From Alphaproteobacteria bacterium (GTDB lineage: Bacteria > Pseudomonadota > Alphaproteobacteria > SMXQ01): 64,000 bases of DNA. Below the pieces are notes generated by a model that was given only the letters and a program-made list of their open reading frames with translations, ran no database searches and was not told the origin of the DNA. How positions within the stretch are numbered: position 1 is the first letter of the stretch; the number at the start of each line of letters is the position of its first letter. The DNA lies in assembly GCA_004356985.1 (NCBI GenBank), contig SMXQ01000078.1, positions 593 through 64,592 of the forward strand, read 5' to 3'. This document shows positions 53,330-62,350 of this stretch, one piece after another. A program made the position numbers and the translations under genes.

Positions 53330-54118
53330 CTAGATCTCGGGCATTAATCCTTCTTCCCGCAGGAAATCAAGGACCAGGGCATCGAACCCGGCGGGGTCTT
53401 CGATCATGCAGGCGTGGCCGGCGCCAGGCAATACTTCATGCCGCGCTTGGGGGATCAGCGAAGCGGTTTCCGCGCCCCGGGGCCGGGCGCCGTCGAATTC
53501 GCCGTTGATGATCAGGGTCGGCAAGGGGTAGGCGGCGAGGTGAGGCCGCAGGTCCGCCGCCGCCAGCGCCTCGAAGGTCCGGATGATGGCCGCGGGATGG
53601 TGGCGCCGGTCGCGCTCGGCGAACCCGGCGAACAGGTATTTACCCAGGACCGAGGCGGCGAACCCGTCGGTCACGCCGTAGTCCATGTGGGCCCGGCGGT
53701 AGGGGGAGAATTGCTCTTCCCGGTATCCGGTGATCCGCCGCGACATGTCCTGGGGGCCCGAATTGCCGCCCACCTGGATCACCGCCCGGAAGCGGTCGGG
53801 GAACAGGGCGCCCAGCATCAGCGCCGTCTTGGAGCCGATGGAGCATCCCATGACCACGGCCGGCCCAAGGCCGAGGTCGTCCATGACGCCGAGCACGTCG
53901 CGGCAGATGTCCTCCAGGGTGAACGGCGTGGTCACCTTTTCGCTGCGTCCCCAGCCGCGAAGATCGACCGAGACCACCGTGAACCAGGTCGAGAAATGGG
54001 CCGCCTGGTACAGCCACAGCGTATTGTCGAAGGGAATGGCATGGATCAGCACCAGGGGCGGCCCGGCGCCGGTGACCTCGAAATGGACGGCGATGGAGTT
54101 GGCGTGGCTTTTCGGCAT
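53330..54118 (-). CDS. Alpha/beta fold hydrolase
   Basis: DLRGWGRS, GCSIG nucleophile elbow, GEFD, AGHAC. Confidence 0.9.
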   Translation of the reverse strand: MPKSHANSIAVHFEVTGAGPPLVLIHAIPFDNTLWLYQAAHFSTWFTVVSVDLRGWGRSEKVTTPFTLEDICRDVLGVMDDLGLGPAVVMGCSIGSKTALMLGALFPDRFRAVIQVGGNSGPQDMSRRITGYREEQFSPYRRAHMDYGVTDGFAASVLGKYLFAGFAERDRRHHPAAIIRTFEALAAADLRPHLAAYPLPTLIINGEFDGARPRGAETASLIPQARHEVLPGAGHACMIEDPAGFDALVLDFLREEGLMPEI

Positions 54119-54129
54119 GTTCGGCCCCT

Positions 54130-54212
54130 CCCCTTTCCCGGCCCTTTCCCGGCCCTTTCCAGGGCCTTGCCCGGGCCTTTCCAGGGCCTTTCCAGGGCCT
54201 TGCCCGGGCCCG
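54130..54212. repeat. 11-bp degenerate tandem repeat (CC[A/C/G]GG[G/C]CCTT[T/G])
   Basis: About 7 consecutive units directly upstream of the hydrolase RBS. Confidence 0.75.
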
Positions 54213-54336
54213 GCCGCCGGGCGCGGCGTCATTGATTATAGATTCGCTTGGAAGCGGCGTCCTTTTTCGATTAGCCTTGCCAGGGAATTAAAATTACCAC
54301 GCGCATCAAAGCGCCACCAACATTGGGGAGGCTTCC

Positions 54337-55458
54337 ATGATCACCACCCGAATCTTTTTGCGCCTAGGCGCCGGCGTGCTCGCCCTGGCCGCGGCCGGGA
54401 CCGCCAATGCCGACGCGCTCAGCGATTTTTACAAAGGCAAGCGCCTGACCATGTTCGTCGGTTCCGGGGTCGGCGGCGGCTACGACACCTATTCCAGGAC
54501 CCTCGCCCGGCATTACAACAAATACGTCCCCGGCAAGCCGAGGATGCTGGTCAAGAACATGCCGGGCGCCGGCGGCCTGCGGGTCACCAATTACATGTAC
54601 AACAAGGCCAAGCGCGACGGCTCGGTCATCGCCTCGACCTTCAACACCATGATGCTGGAGCCCCTGATCGGCAACCGGGGCGCCAAGTTCGACGTCTTCA
54701 AGTTCAATTGGCTGGGATCCATCGGCAAATTGCAGGCGGTCTGCGTCACCTGGCACACCAGCCCCATCAAGACCCTGGCCGACGCCAAGGGCAAGGTTCT
54801 CACCGTCTCGGCCACCGGCGCCACCGGCAATTCGGCGAAGATGCCGCGCATCTTCAACTGGGCCGTGGGCACCAAGTTCAAGGTGATCCAGGGTTATTCC
54901 ACCTCGGGCTCGCGCCTGGCCCTGGAACGCGGCGAGGTCGACGGCATCTGCGGGTTGGGTTACTCGACCCTGCTGGCCTCGAACCCCGACTGGATCGCCA
55001 AGAAAAAACTCAACTTCCTCGCCCAGATCGGCCTTTACAAGCATCCCAAGCTGGCCCAGGTGCCGATGATCCTGCAGGATATCAAGGATGAGAGAACGCG
55101 CAAGATTGTCGAGTTGATCCTCATCCAGCAGGAACCGGGCCGCCCCTATATCGCCCCCCCGGGGGTTCCCGCCGAGCGCGTCAAGGTCCTGACGTCGGCC
55201 TTCAAATCCGCCATCGAGGATCCCGCCTTCCTGGCCGACGCCAAGCGCCTCAAGCTCGAGATCACCTATCTGGGCCCCAAGACCATCCGCGCCCTGATGA
55301 CCCGCGCCTACGCCAACCCAAGGGACATCGTCGAGGGCGCGGCCAAGCTGGTCGGCCGTCCCGCCAAGGGCGTGGTGACCAAGTGTTCCAAGTACACCAA
55401 GTCGGCCAAGTGGTGCCGCAAGAAAAAGAAGAAAAAGAAGAAAAAGAAGGCGTCCTAA
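54337..55458 (+). CDS. tctC: Tripartite tricarboxylate transporter substrate-binding protein (TctC/Bug) with poly-Lys tail
   Basis: Signal peptide, GGGYDTYSR, NMPGAGG, ALERGEVDG, APPGVPAER. Confidence 0.88.
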   Translation: MITTRIFLRLGAGVLALAAAGTANADALSDFYKGKRLTMFVGSGVGGGYDTYSRTLARHYNKYVPGKPRMLVKNMPGAGGLRVTNYMYNKAKRDGSVIASTFNTMMLEPLIGNRGAKFDVFKFNWLGSIGKLQAVCVTWHTSPIKTLADAKGKVLTVSATGATGNSAKMPRIFNWAVGTKFKVIQGYSTSGSRLALERGEVDGICGLGYSTLLASNPDWIAKKKLNFLAQIGLYKHPKLAQVPMILQDIKDERTRKIVELILIQQEPGRPYIAPPGVPAERVKVLTSAFKSAIEDPAFLADAKRLKLEITYLGPKTIRALMTRAYANPRDIVEGAAKLVGRPAKGVVTKCSKYTKSAKWCRKKKKKKKKKKAS

Positions 55459-55473
55459 GGCGCAGCACCAAGC

Positions 55474-55503
55474 AAAACCCCCGGTTCCGGCCGGGGGTTT
55501 TTT
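55474..55503. terminator. Bidirectional intrinsic terminator
   Basis: AAAACCCCCGG-TTCCGG-CCGGGGGTTTTTT between convergent genes. Confidence 0.85.
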
Positions 55504-55542
55504 CTGTCGCTCTTCCGTCGCCGCGTCGCCGCGCGGGGCGTA

Positions 55543-56262
55543 TCAGAATTCGCGGAGCAAGCGGCCGAAGCCTGCGATGGGCTCGGTGATGCCGGCGGTC
55601 CGAAGCGCCTTCCAGACGATCGCCTGCTGCGACGTCATCACCGACACGCCCAATTCCGCCTCGATCTCGTCGATGGCATGGGCGATCGCCCAATGGGCGC
55701 TTGCCAGGTGGATGCAGTCGGCCTCGGGGTTTTCCCGCATCACCTGGCGGGCGGCGGTCAAGGCGAGCTCGCAGGGGATTTGGCCGACTTGGTGGTCGGC
55801 GAAATCGAGGCCGATGACGCCCGCCGCCTCGACCCCCATGTTGCGGATCGACTGTTTGTGGCGCGCGTTGTCGGCCGGCTCGTAACAATGCACCTGGGCC
55901 ACCTTCTTGGCGCCCAGCGCCGCCAGCGCCTCGGTCTGGGCCTGGGTCGAGGTCACCACCTTGGTGCCGATCTCGGCGGCCAGGGTGGCGCAGATCGCCG
56001 CCAGGTTCCCGACCCCCTGGGATTGGTTGATGGGGTTGCCGCCCAGCACCACCACGTCGGCGCCGGCGCGCGCCATGTAACGGGCGGCCTCGAGGCTGGC
56101 GGCGTGGCTCGCCGCGATCTCCGCCGGCGCCCGGGTGCGGACCTCCAGGGTCTTGATCAGCAGCGTCACGCCCGCCGGCACCATCTTGTAGAACTCGTAA
56201 CAAAAGGTCTCCGTCACGTAAGGCGGTGAGCAATAACCGATGCGCGCGCGGTGTCCGTACAT
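55543..56262 (-). CDS. Asp/Glu racemase-superfamily paralogue 2
   Basis: MYGHRARIGYCSPP, LGGNP, HLASAHW, GFGRLLREF. Confidence 0.85.
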   Translation of the reverse strand: MYGHRARIGYCSPPYVTETFCYEFYKMVPAGVTLLIKTLEVRTRAPAEIAASHAASLEAARYMARAGADVVVLGGNPINQSQGVGNLAAICATLAAEIGTKVVTSTQAQTEALAALGAKKVAQVHCYEPADNARHKQSIRNMGVEAAGVIGLDFADHQVGQIPCELALTAARQVMRENPEADCIHLASAHWAIAHAIDEIEAELGVSVMTSQQAIVWKALRTAGITEPIAGFGRLLREF

Positions 56263-56276
56263 GGCCCGAACGCGCC

Positions 56277-57002
56277 CTAGAATTCCCTGAAAAGGCGCCC
56301 GAATCCTTCGATGGGCTCGGTGATGCCGGCGGTGCGGAAGGCCTTCCAGACGATGGCTTGCTGCGACGTCATGACCGAGACCCCCAATTCCGCCTCGATC
56401 CGGTCGATGAATGGGGCGGTGGCCCAATGGGCGGAGCCCAGATGGATGGTGTCGGCATCGGGGTTTTCCTCCTTCACCCGGCGCGACAGGGTCAACGCGA
56501 GTTCGCCGTCGAGGCCGCCGATATGCTGGAAGTCGGACCCGCAGGCAAGGACGCCGGCCGGCTCGAAGCCTAGGTTGCGCATGGAATTGGCGTGGCGTTC
56601 TTTCTCCGATTCCTCGTAGCAAAAGACCTGGGCGACCTTTTTGGCGCCGAGACAGGTCAGCGCCTCCCTCTGGGCCTCGGTGGAGGTGATCACCTTGGTG
56701 CCGATCTTGGCGGCGAGCGCGTCGGTCACGTCGGCGATATTCTCCATGCCCAGGCTCTGGTTGATGGGATTGCCGCCCAAAACCACCACGTCGGCGCCGG
56801 CATCCGCCATGTATTGGGCGGCGATCAGGCTGCGCTGATGGCTGGCCGCTACCTCTTCCTTGGTCCGGGTCCTGATCTCGAGGGTGGTGATCAAGAGCGT
56901 CACCCCTTCGGGCGCCATCATGTAGAACTCTTGGGGGAAGGTCTCGGTCACGAAGGGCGGCGAGCAATAGCCGATGCGGGCGCGGGATCCAAGCATGGTC
57001 AT
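56277..57002 (-). CDS. Asp/Glu racemase-superfamily paralogue 3
   Basis: MLGSRARIGYCSPP, LGGNP, HLGSAHW, GFGRLFREF. Confidence 0.85.
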   Translation of the reverse strand: MTMLGSRARIGYCSPPFVTETFPQEFYMMAPEGVTLLITTLEIRTRTKEEVAASHQRSLIAAQYMADAGADVVVLGGNPINQSLGMENIADVTDALAAKIGTKVITSTEAQREALTCLGAKKVAQVFCYEESEKERHANSMRNLGFEPAGVLACGSDFQHIGGLDGELALTLSRRVKEENPDADTIHLGSAHWATAPFIDRIEAELGVSVMTSQQAIVWKAFRTAGITEPIEGFGRLFREF

Positions 57003-57025
57003 GGGGCGTTCTCTTTCTCTCGGCT

Positions 57026-57751
57026 TCAGAATTCGCGGAACAGGCGGCCGAAGCCTTCGATGGGCTCGGTGATGCCGGCGGTCCGGAGCGCCTTCCAGAC
57101 GATGGCCTGCTGGGAGTTCATGACCGAAACATCGAGCTCGTTTTCGATCTTGTCGATGGCGTGGGCGGTGGGCCAATGGGCGGAGGCGAGATGGATGCAA
57201 TCGGCGTCGGGGTAGGCGTCCTTGAGCCGCTTGGCGATCTCGAACGCGGCATCGGTGGGAATCTTGCCGTAGCCCAAAAGCTGGTATCCCTCCAACGAGG
57301 CGACGCCGACCGATTCCACGCCCATGTTCTCCATCTGCTGGCGGTGGCGGTCGTCGTGCTGGGAACCCGAGGCGTGGGCCGAAGCCACCTTCTTGACGCC
57401 GAGCTTTTCCATGGCCTCAAGCTGGCACAGCGTCGAGGCCACCACCGAGGTTCCGATCTCGGCCGCCAAGTCGGCGCAAATGCCGGGCAGGTTTTCGATG
57501 CCGCGCGATTGGTTGACGGGATTGCCGCCGAGAACCACCACGTCGGCCCCGGCCCCGGCCATGTACTTGGCCGCCTCAATGGAGCGGTCGTGGCTGCCGT
57601 CGAAGGCTTGGCTGTTGTATTCCAGCCCCACCTCGAGGGTGGTCAGCAGCAGCGAAACGCCGTCGGGCACCATCTTGTAGAACTCATAGACGAAGACCTC
57701 GGTGACCACCGGCGGCGAGCAATAGCCGATGCGAGCGCGGTGTCCGTACAT
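57026..57751 (-). CDS. Asp/Glu racemase-superfamily paralogue 4
   Basis: MYGHRARIGYCSPP, LGGNP, HLASAHW, GFGRLFREF. Confidence 0.85.
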   Translation of the reverse strand: MYGHRARIGYCSPPVVTEVFVYEFYKMVPDGVSLLLTTLEVGLEYNSQAFDGSHDRSIEAAKYMAGAGADVVVLGGNPVNQSRGIENLPGICADLAAEIGTSVVASTLCQLEAMEKLGVKKVASAHASGSQHDDRHRQQMENMGVESVGVASLEGYQLLGYGKIPTDAAFEIAKRLKDAYPDADCIHLASAHWPTAHAIDKIENELDVSVMNSQQAIVWKALRTAGITEPIEGFGRLFREF

Positions 57752-57796
57752 GGGGCTCCTCCTCCCTTAATTTGACTCGCTGGGCCCTCGGCGGCC

Positions 57797-58534
57797 CTAA
57801 AAGTCCCTCAGCAGCCGGCCGAAGCCCTCGATTCTATCATCGATGCCGGTCTGCCGCATGGCCTCCCAGGCGATGGCCTGAAGCGAGGTCATGACGGAAA
57901 TACCGAACTCGTCCTCCAGCGGTTGGATGGCGTCGATCACGGTCCAATGGGGACAACCGAAATACAGCGTGTCGGCTTCCGGGTGCGCCGCCATGGCGGC
58001 CCGGCCCCATTCCAGCGCCCGGCCGGGGGCCAGGGTGCCCAGCGCCACCAGGGAGGACCCCCCGGCATGGACCCCCACCGCCTCGAGGCCGAAGAAATCT
58101 TCCATGGTGCGAACATGGCGCGGGTTCTGATCTTCTTCGAAGGGATGCACCATGGCGACCTTCTTGGAGCCCAGCGCGGCGAAGGCATGGACCTGGGCCA
58201 GGGCCGAACACGACATTTTCACGCCGATCTCACCCTCCAGCTTGGCCATCAGCCCGGCGACCGTATCATCGCCCTTGGAGATGTTGATGGGCAGCCCGCC
58301 CAGCAGCACCAGGTCGGCGCCGGCCCGGGCCATGGTGTGGGCGGATTCGAGCGATATGGCGTAGCACTTCTCGACGTCTTCCTTGGACCGGTCGCCCAGC
58401 GGCAGGGTGATCATCATCAGCGACACGCCATCGGGCACGATGCGGTACCAGTCGATGGGATAGACCTCTGTGGTGACCGCGGCGACGGTGTAGCCGATAC
58501 GCGCCCGCGCCCCGTGAATTCGTTGCCAGTCCAT
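57797..58534 (-). CDS. Asp/Glu racemase-superfamily paralogue 5
   Basis: HGARARIG, LGGLP, YFGCPHW, GFGRLLRDF. Confidence 0.85.
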   Translation of the reverse strand: MDWQRIHGARARIGYTVAAVTTEVYPIDWYRIVPDGVSLMMITLPLGDRSKEDVEKCYAISLESAHTMARAGADLVLLGGLPINISKGDDTVAGLMAKLEGEIGVKMSCSALAQVHAFAALGSKKVAMVHPFEEDQNPRHVRTMEDFFGLEAVGVHAGGSSLVALGTLAPGRALEWGRAAMAAHPEADTLYFGCPHWTVIDAIQPLEDEFGISVMTSLQAIAWEAMRQTGIDDRIEGFGRLLRDF

Positions 58535-58698
58535 GACCGCCTCCCTGATGATGGTTTTTTCCACCATCGCCCAGATCGCCGCCCGGCGCAACATCTGGGC
58601 GCAAGAAGGGGACGGGCGGCGGCGGTTTGTTCTATAACGGGAGGCGAGCGGCGAAGCGGGCAGACGCCCCGCCCGGGAATATGAATAGGGAGGCGAGG

Positions 58699-59319
58699 AT
58701 GATCGATCTTTATACCTGGACCACGGACAACGGCTACAAGGCGCGCCAGGCGGCGGAAGAGAGCGGGTTGGACTACACCCTGAAGCCGGTGAACCTGCGC
58801 AAGAAGGCGCAGTTCGATCCTGAGTTCCTGAAAATCAGCCCGGGACACAAGATTCCCGCCCTGGTCGACCATGACGGGCCGGGCGGGCAGAGGGTGACGC
58901 TCTGTGAATCCGGCGCCATCCTCAAATACCTCGGCGAAAAGTCGGGCACCGGGCTCTATCCCGACGACCCCATGGCGCGCATCAAGGTCGACCAATGGCT
59001 GTTTTACGGCTCGGCCACCTTCACCACCCTGGCCCAGCAATACGGCCTGTTCTGGGGGCGTTTCGATGAGGACGTGCCGGCGGCCAAGAAGCATTACGCC
59101 GACGTGCTCCGCGACATGTTCGCCACCTTGGACCGGCATCTGGCCGACAACGAATACATGGCCGGCGCATATACCGTCGCCGACATTTCCATGTATCCCG
59201 ACACCCACGTCCACGGCGCCGGCGATATCGGCCTCGACGCCTATCCCAACCTCGCCCGTTGGCACGATGCCATCGCCGCCCGCCCCGCCGTCGTCCGCGC
59301 CTGGGAGCCGTTCTCCTGA
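58699..59319 (+). CDS. Glutathione S-transferase (YfcG/Nu-like)
   Basis: MIDLYTWTTDNG, KIPAL, ESGAIL, YTVADI. Confidence 0.92.
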   Translation: MIDLYTWTTDNGYKARQAAEESGLDYTLKPVNLRKKAQFDPEFLKISPGHKIPALVDHDGPGGQRVTLCESGAILKYLGEKSGTGLYPDDPMARIKVDQWLFYGSATFTTLAQQYGLFWGRFDEDVPAAKKHYADVLRDMFATLDRHLADNEYMAGAYTVADISMYPDTHVHGAGDIGLDAYPNLARWHDAIAARPAVVRAWEPFS

Positions 59320-59401
59320 GTCTTAAACGCAAAGTGCCTTATTCAACCAGTTGGTTGATTAAGCCACTTTTCGACTGATACCTGCGCGCCGGGCGGGGCG
59401 T

Positions 59402-59803
59402 TCAGTCCGCAAACTTGGCGAGCTTGAGCGACGCCGAATTGATGCAGTAGCGCAGGCCCGTGGGCTTGGGCCCGTCGGGGAAGACGTGGCCGAGATGGGC
59501 GCCGCAGCGCGCGCACAGGGCCTCGGTCCGGGACATGAAGAGCGCGTTATCCTCTTCGGCCCTAACCGCCGCTTCAGCCACCGGCTTGGTGAAGCTGGGC
59601 CAGCCGGTGCCGGATTCGAACTTGTCTTGGGATGAAAACAGCGGCTCTCCGCAACAGACGCAGGCGTAGGTGCCGGCATCGTGGCAATCGTGGTAGCGGC
59701 CGGTGAAGGCCGGCTCGGTGCCCTTCTCCCGGGTGACGTGGAATTCCTGGTCCGAGAGCTGGGCCCGCCACTGGGTATCGGTCTTGGTGATCTTTTCCGC
59801 CAT
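59402..59803 (-). CDS. msrB: Peptide-methionine (R)-S-oxide reductase
   Basis: GTEPAF, KFESGTGWPSF, HLGHVFPDGP, RYCINS. Confidence 0.97.
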   Translation of the reverse strand: MAEKITKTDTQWRAQLSDQEFHVTREKGTEPAFTGRYHDCHDAGTYACVCCGEPLFSSQDKFESGTGWPSFTKPVAEAAVRAEEDNALFMSRTEALCARCGAHLGHVFPDGPKPTGLRYCINSASLKLAKFAD

Positions 59804-59958
59804 GTTTTCCAAATCCTTCGTTCTCGCCCCTCGTCGCCTTTAGCCGCCAAGACCCGCCAGGGCCGCCGTCACCGCGCGGTCGAAGGCTTGCGCCCGTTCG
59901 ATCCGCGGAGTGTGAGGGGCGTGCGCGATGAGTTCAAGCCACGCCCCGGAAAATAGGC

Positions 59959-59991
59959 AAAATAAGACGGCGGGCCCGGAGACCCGCCGCC
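59959..59991 (-). terminator. Intrinsic terminator after the molybdoenzyme gene
   Basis: Minus strand GGCGGCGGGT...GCCCGCCGTC-TTATTTT. Confidence 0.6.
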
Positions 59992-60011
59992 GGTAGTTGT
60001 TCTAAGTTTTT

Positions 60012-62336
60012 TTATCCTTTTGCCAGCGCCGCCTTGACCCGCGCCGGGGTCATCGGCGCGGTCCGCATCCGCACCCCGGTGGCATCGTAGAAGGCGTTGG
60101 CGATGGCGCCCGACACCGGCCGGGTGGACGGTTCGCCCGCCCCCATGGACGGCTTGTCGGGCCGATTGATCAGCACCACGTCGACGGCTTCGGGCGTATC
60201 GGGGCTTTCGGCGATGGGATAGGTATCCCAATCGATGCTGGTCACCTCGTCGGGGCCGAACATCACCTCCTCGTAGATGACGCGGCTGAGCGCCATAACC
60301 ACATTGCCCTGGATGGTGAGGGTCAGCCCATCGGGGTTGATGATCAGGCCGCATTCGTGGGAGACGGTGAATTTGCGTACCCAGATTTGGCCGGAACGCG
60401 TGTCCACCTCGACCTCGGCGATAACCGCCACCTTGGACCCCGAGCGCCGCGCGTAGGCGATGCCCCGCCCGGAGACGGTGTTTTTGCCGCCCTGGCCCTT
60501 GCGCGGACCGACGCGCGGCTTCCACCCGGCCTTTTCCGCCACCGCCGTGATCAACGCACGGTCGCGTTTGGTGCGCAGATACTTGAGCCGGTATGCCACC
60601 GGGTCCATCCCCGCCGCTTCGGCCAGTTCATCGTGGAACTGTTCCGAGGCGAACTGGATCTGGGGACCGATGGGATCACGCAGATGCGAGGTCCTGAGCG
60701 GCGAGTTGCGGTCCAGGAACGGCGGAATCACCTTCCAGCCCAAACGGTAATCGGGGATGTTGTAAATGTTTTCCGGCTCGCTGAAGAATTTGCGCGGCTT
60801 CAGCTTCGCCCCCAGCGCCTGGCCCGCCAGGTTGTCCCGCGGCTGGGATTCATTGGACCGCACGTTTTGGCGGTCGAACGCCTTGGAGATGAATTCATAG
60901 GCGATCACGTTGCCCTGGGCATCCAGCCCACCCCGGCAGAAATGCACGCTTGCCGGCGCTTTGGGGTCCCAGCCCGTGCCTTCGTGGCGCATCCCCTGGA
61001 CGCGCACCGGCTTGCCCACTTCCTTGGACAGCAGGGCTGCCTGCATGGCGGCATCGCCGGCATCGTTACGGCCGTAGGACCCCGGTCCCGGCACCCAGAT
61101 TCCCCGCACGCTGCCCTTGGGCATCTTGAGCATCTTCGCGACGCCGTAGGAGGTGTAATGGGATTTCTGCGACCCGGTCCACAACATCACCGGATTGGCG
61201 CCGGCGTCGACCACGGCGCAGGCCGGGCCCATGGAGGCATGGGACTGGAAGGGGAATTCGAATTCCGCGGCCAACACCTTGGCGGCGCCGGCTAGCGCCT
61301 TGTCCACATCGCCGCCCTTGAACCTGTTCTTTTGCTTGATGACCGGCGCGTTGCGGATGTGGTCGTAGAGATCCTCCTGCCGGCCAAACGGCTTCTTGCC
61401 GCCGCCGGTCCAATGGACCTTGAGGTCCCGGGCCGCCTGCACGGCGTCCCATTCATTGTCCGCGACCACGGCGATGAAGTCCTTCTTCTGGACCACCCGC
61501 ACGCCCTTGATGTGCTTGATCGAAGAGGCGTCATACCCCTTGAGCTTGGAGCCCGCCCGGGTGGGATGGATGACCCGCCCATGGACCATGCCGGGCACCT
61601 TGATATCGGTGACGAAGTCGGTGGTGCCGAACACCTTGCCGGCGACGTCGATCCTGGGGAAGGGCTTGCCGACGATGCGGTAATCCTTGACCGCCTTGGG
61701 CTTGGCCTTGCCGTGGGAATAGAGCCGGTTGCCCAGCTTCTTGTTCCAGGTGAGCTTGTGGTTGAAGTAGTTGCCCTGGAGGATATCCGCGTAGGAGACC
61801 TTCTTGGACATATCGCCCTTGACGCTGACCACCCCGTCATTGACCTCCAGCCGGGCGGCTTTGACCCCCAACCTCTTGGCGGCTTCCTCCACCAGGACGC
61901 GCCTAGCCTCGGCGGCGATGACGCGCATGGTCCTGCCGCCCCACTTGACCCCGAACGAGCCCGATGCCCCGCCCTGGTTGACGCTGGTGCCGGTGTCCGA
62001 CATCAGGGTGGTCACCTTCTCGAAGGCGACGTCGAGCTCTTCGGCGATGATCTGGGAAATCGCCACGTCCAACCCCTGGCCCATGTCCATCTTGCCGAAG
62101 AACGCCGTGACCTTGCCGTCGGCCCTGATGGCGATGAAGCTGTCCAACTGGTCGGGGATGAGCTTCGGCTTGACCTTCGAACCGAAACCCATGGCCTTGG
62201 CCCCCCTGGTCTTAGCCGCGGCCTTTTTGCTGCCCACCACGGGTTGGGCCCCCATGACCACCACCAGGGCGCCCGCGCCCTTGAGAAGGTCGCGGCGGGA
62301 AACTTCGAAATCTTTCGGCGATATCATATTCGTCAT
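60012..62336 (-). CDS. Xanthine-oxidase-family molybdopterin large subunit (isoquinoline 1-oxidoreductase beta-like), Tat-exported
   Basis: SRRDLLK, GKMDMGQG, QSHASMGP, GPGSYGRN, GAGEP, AIANAFYDATGVR. Confidence 0.9.
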   Translation of the reverse strand: MTNMISPKDFEVSRRDLLKGAGALVVVMGAQPVVGSKKAAAKTRGAKAMGFGSKVKPKLIPDQLDSFIAIRADGKVTAFFGKMDMGQGLDVAISQIIAEELDVAFEKVTTLMSDTGTSVNQGGASGSFGVKWGGRTMRVIAAEARRVLVEEAAKRLGVKAARLEVNDGVVSVKGDMSKKVSYADILQGNYFNHKLTWNKKLGNRLYSHGKAKPKAVKDYRIVGKPFPRIDVAGKVFGTTDFVTDIKVPGMVHGRVIHPTRAGSKLKGYDASSIKHIKGVRVVQKKDFIAVVADNEWDAVQAARDLKVHWTGGGKKPFGRQEDLYDHIRNAPVIKQKNRFKGGDVDKALAGAAKVLAAEFEFPFQSHASMGPACAVVDAGANPVMLWTGSQKSHYTSYGVAKMLKMPKGSVRGIWVPGPGSYGRNDAGDAAMQAALLSKEVGKPVRVQGMRHEGTGWDPKAPASVHFCRGGLDAQGNVIAYEFISKAFDRQNVRSNESQPRDNLAGQALGAKLKPRKFFSEPENIYNIPDYRLGWKVIPPFLDRNSPLRTSHLRDPIGPQIQFASEQFHDELAEAAGMDPVAYRLKYLRTKRDRALITAVAEKAGWKPRVGPRKGQGGKNTVSGRGIAYARRSGSKVAVIAEVEVDTRSGQIWVRKFTVSHECGLIINPDGLTLTIQGNVVMALSRVIYEEVMFGPDEVTSIDWDTYPIAESPDTPEAVDVVLINRPDKPSMGAGEPSTRPVSGAIANAFYDATGVRMRTAPMTPARVKAALAKG

Positions 62337-62350
62337 CTTCCTGCCCTCCC

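Noticed and set aside
55543-57751. CRISPR or DGR reading of the repeated ~90-bp segments
   Set aside because: They are the conserved 3' ends of tandem paralogous genes; no spacers, cas genes or reverse transcriptase
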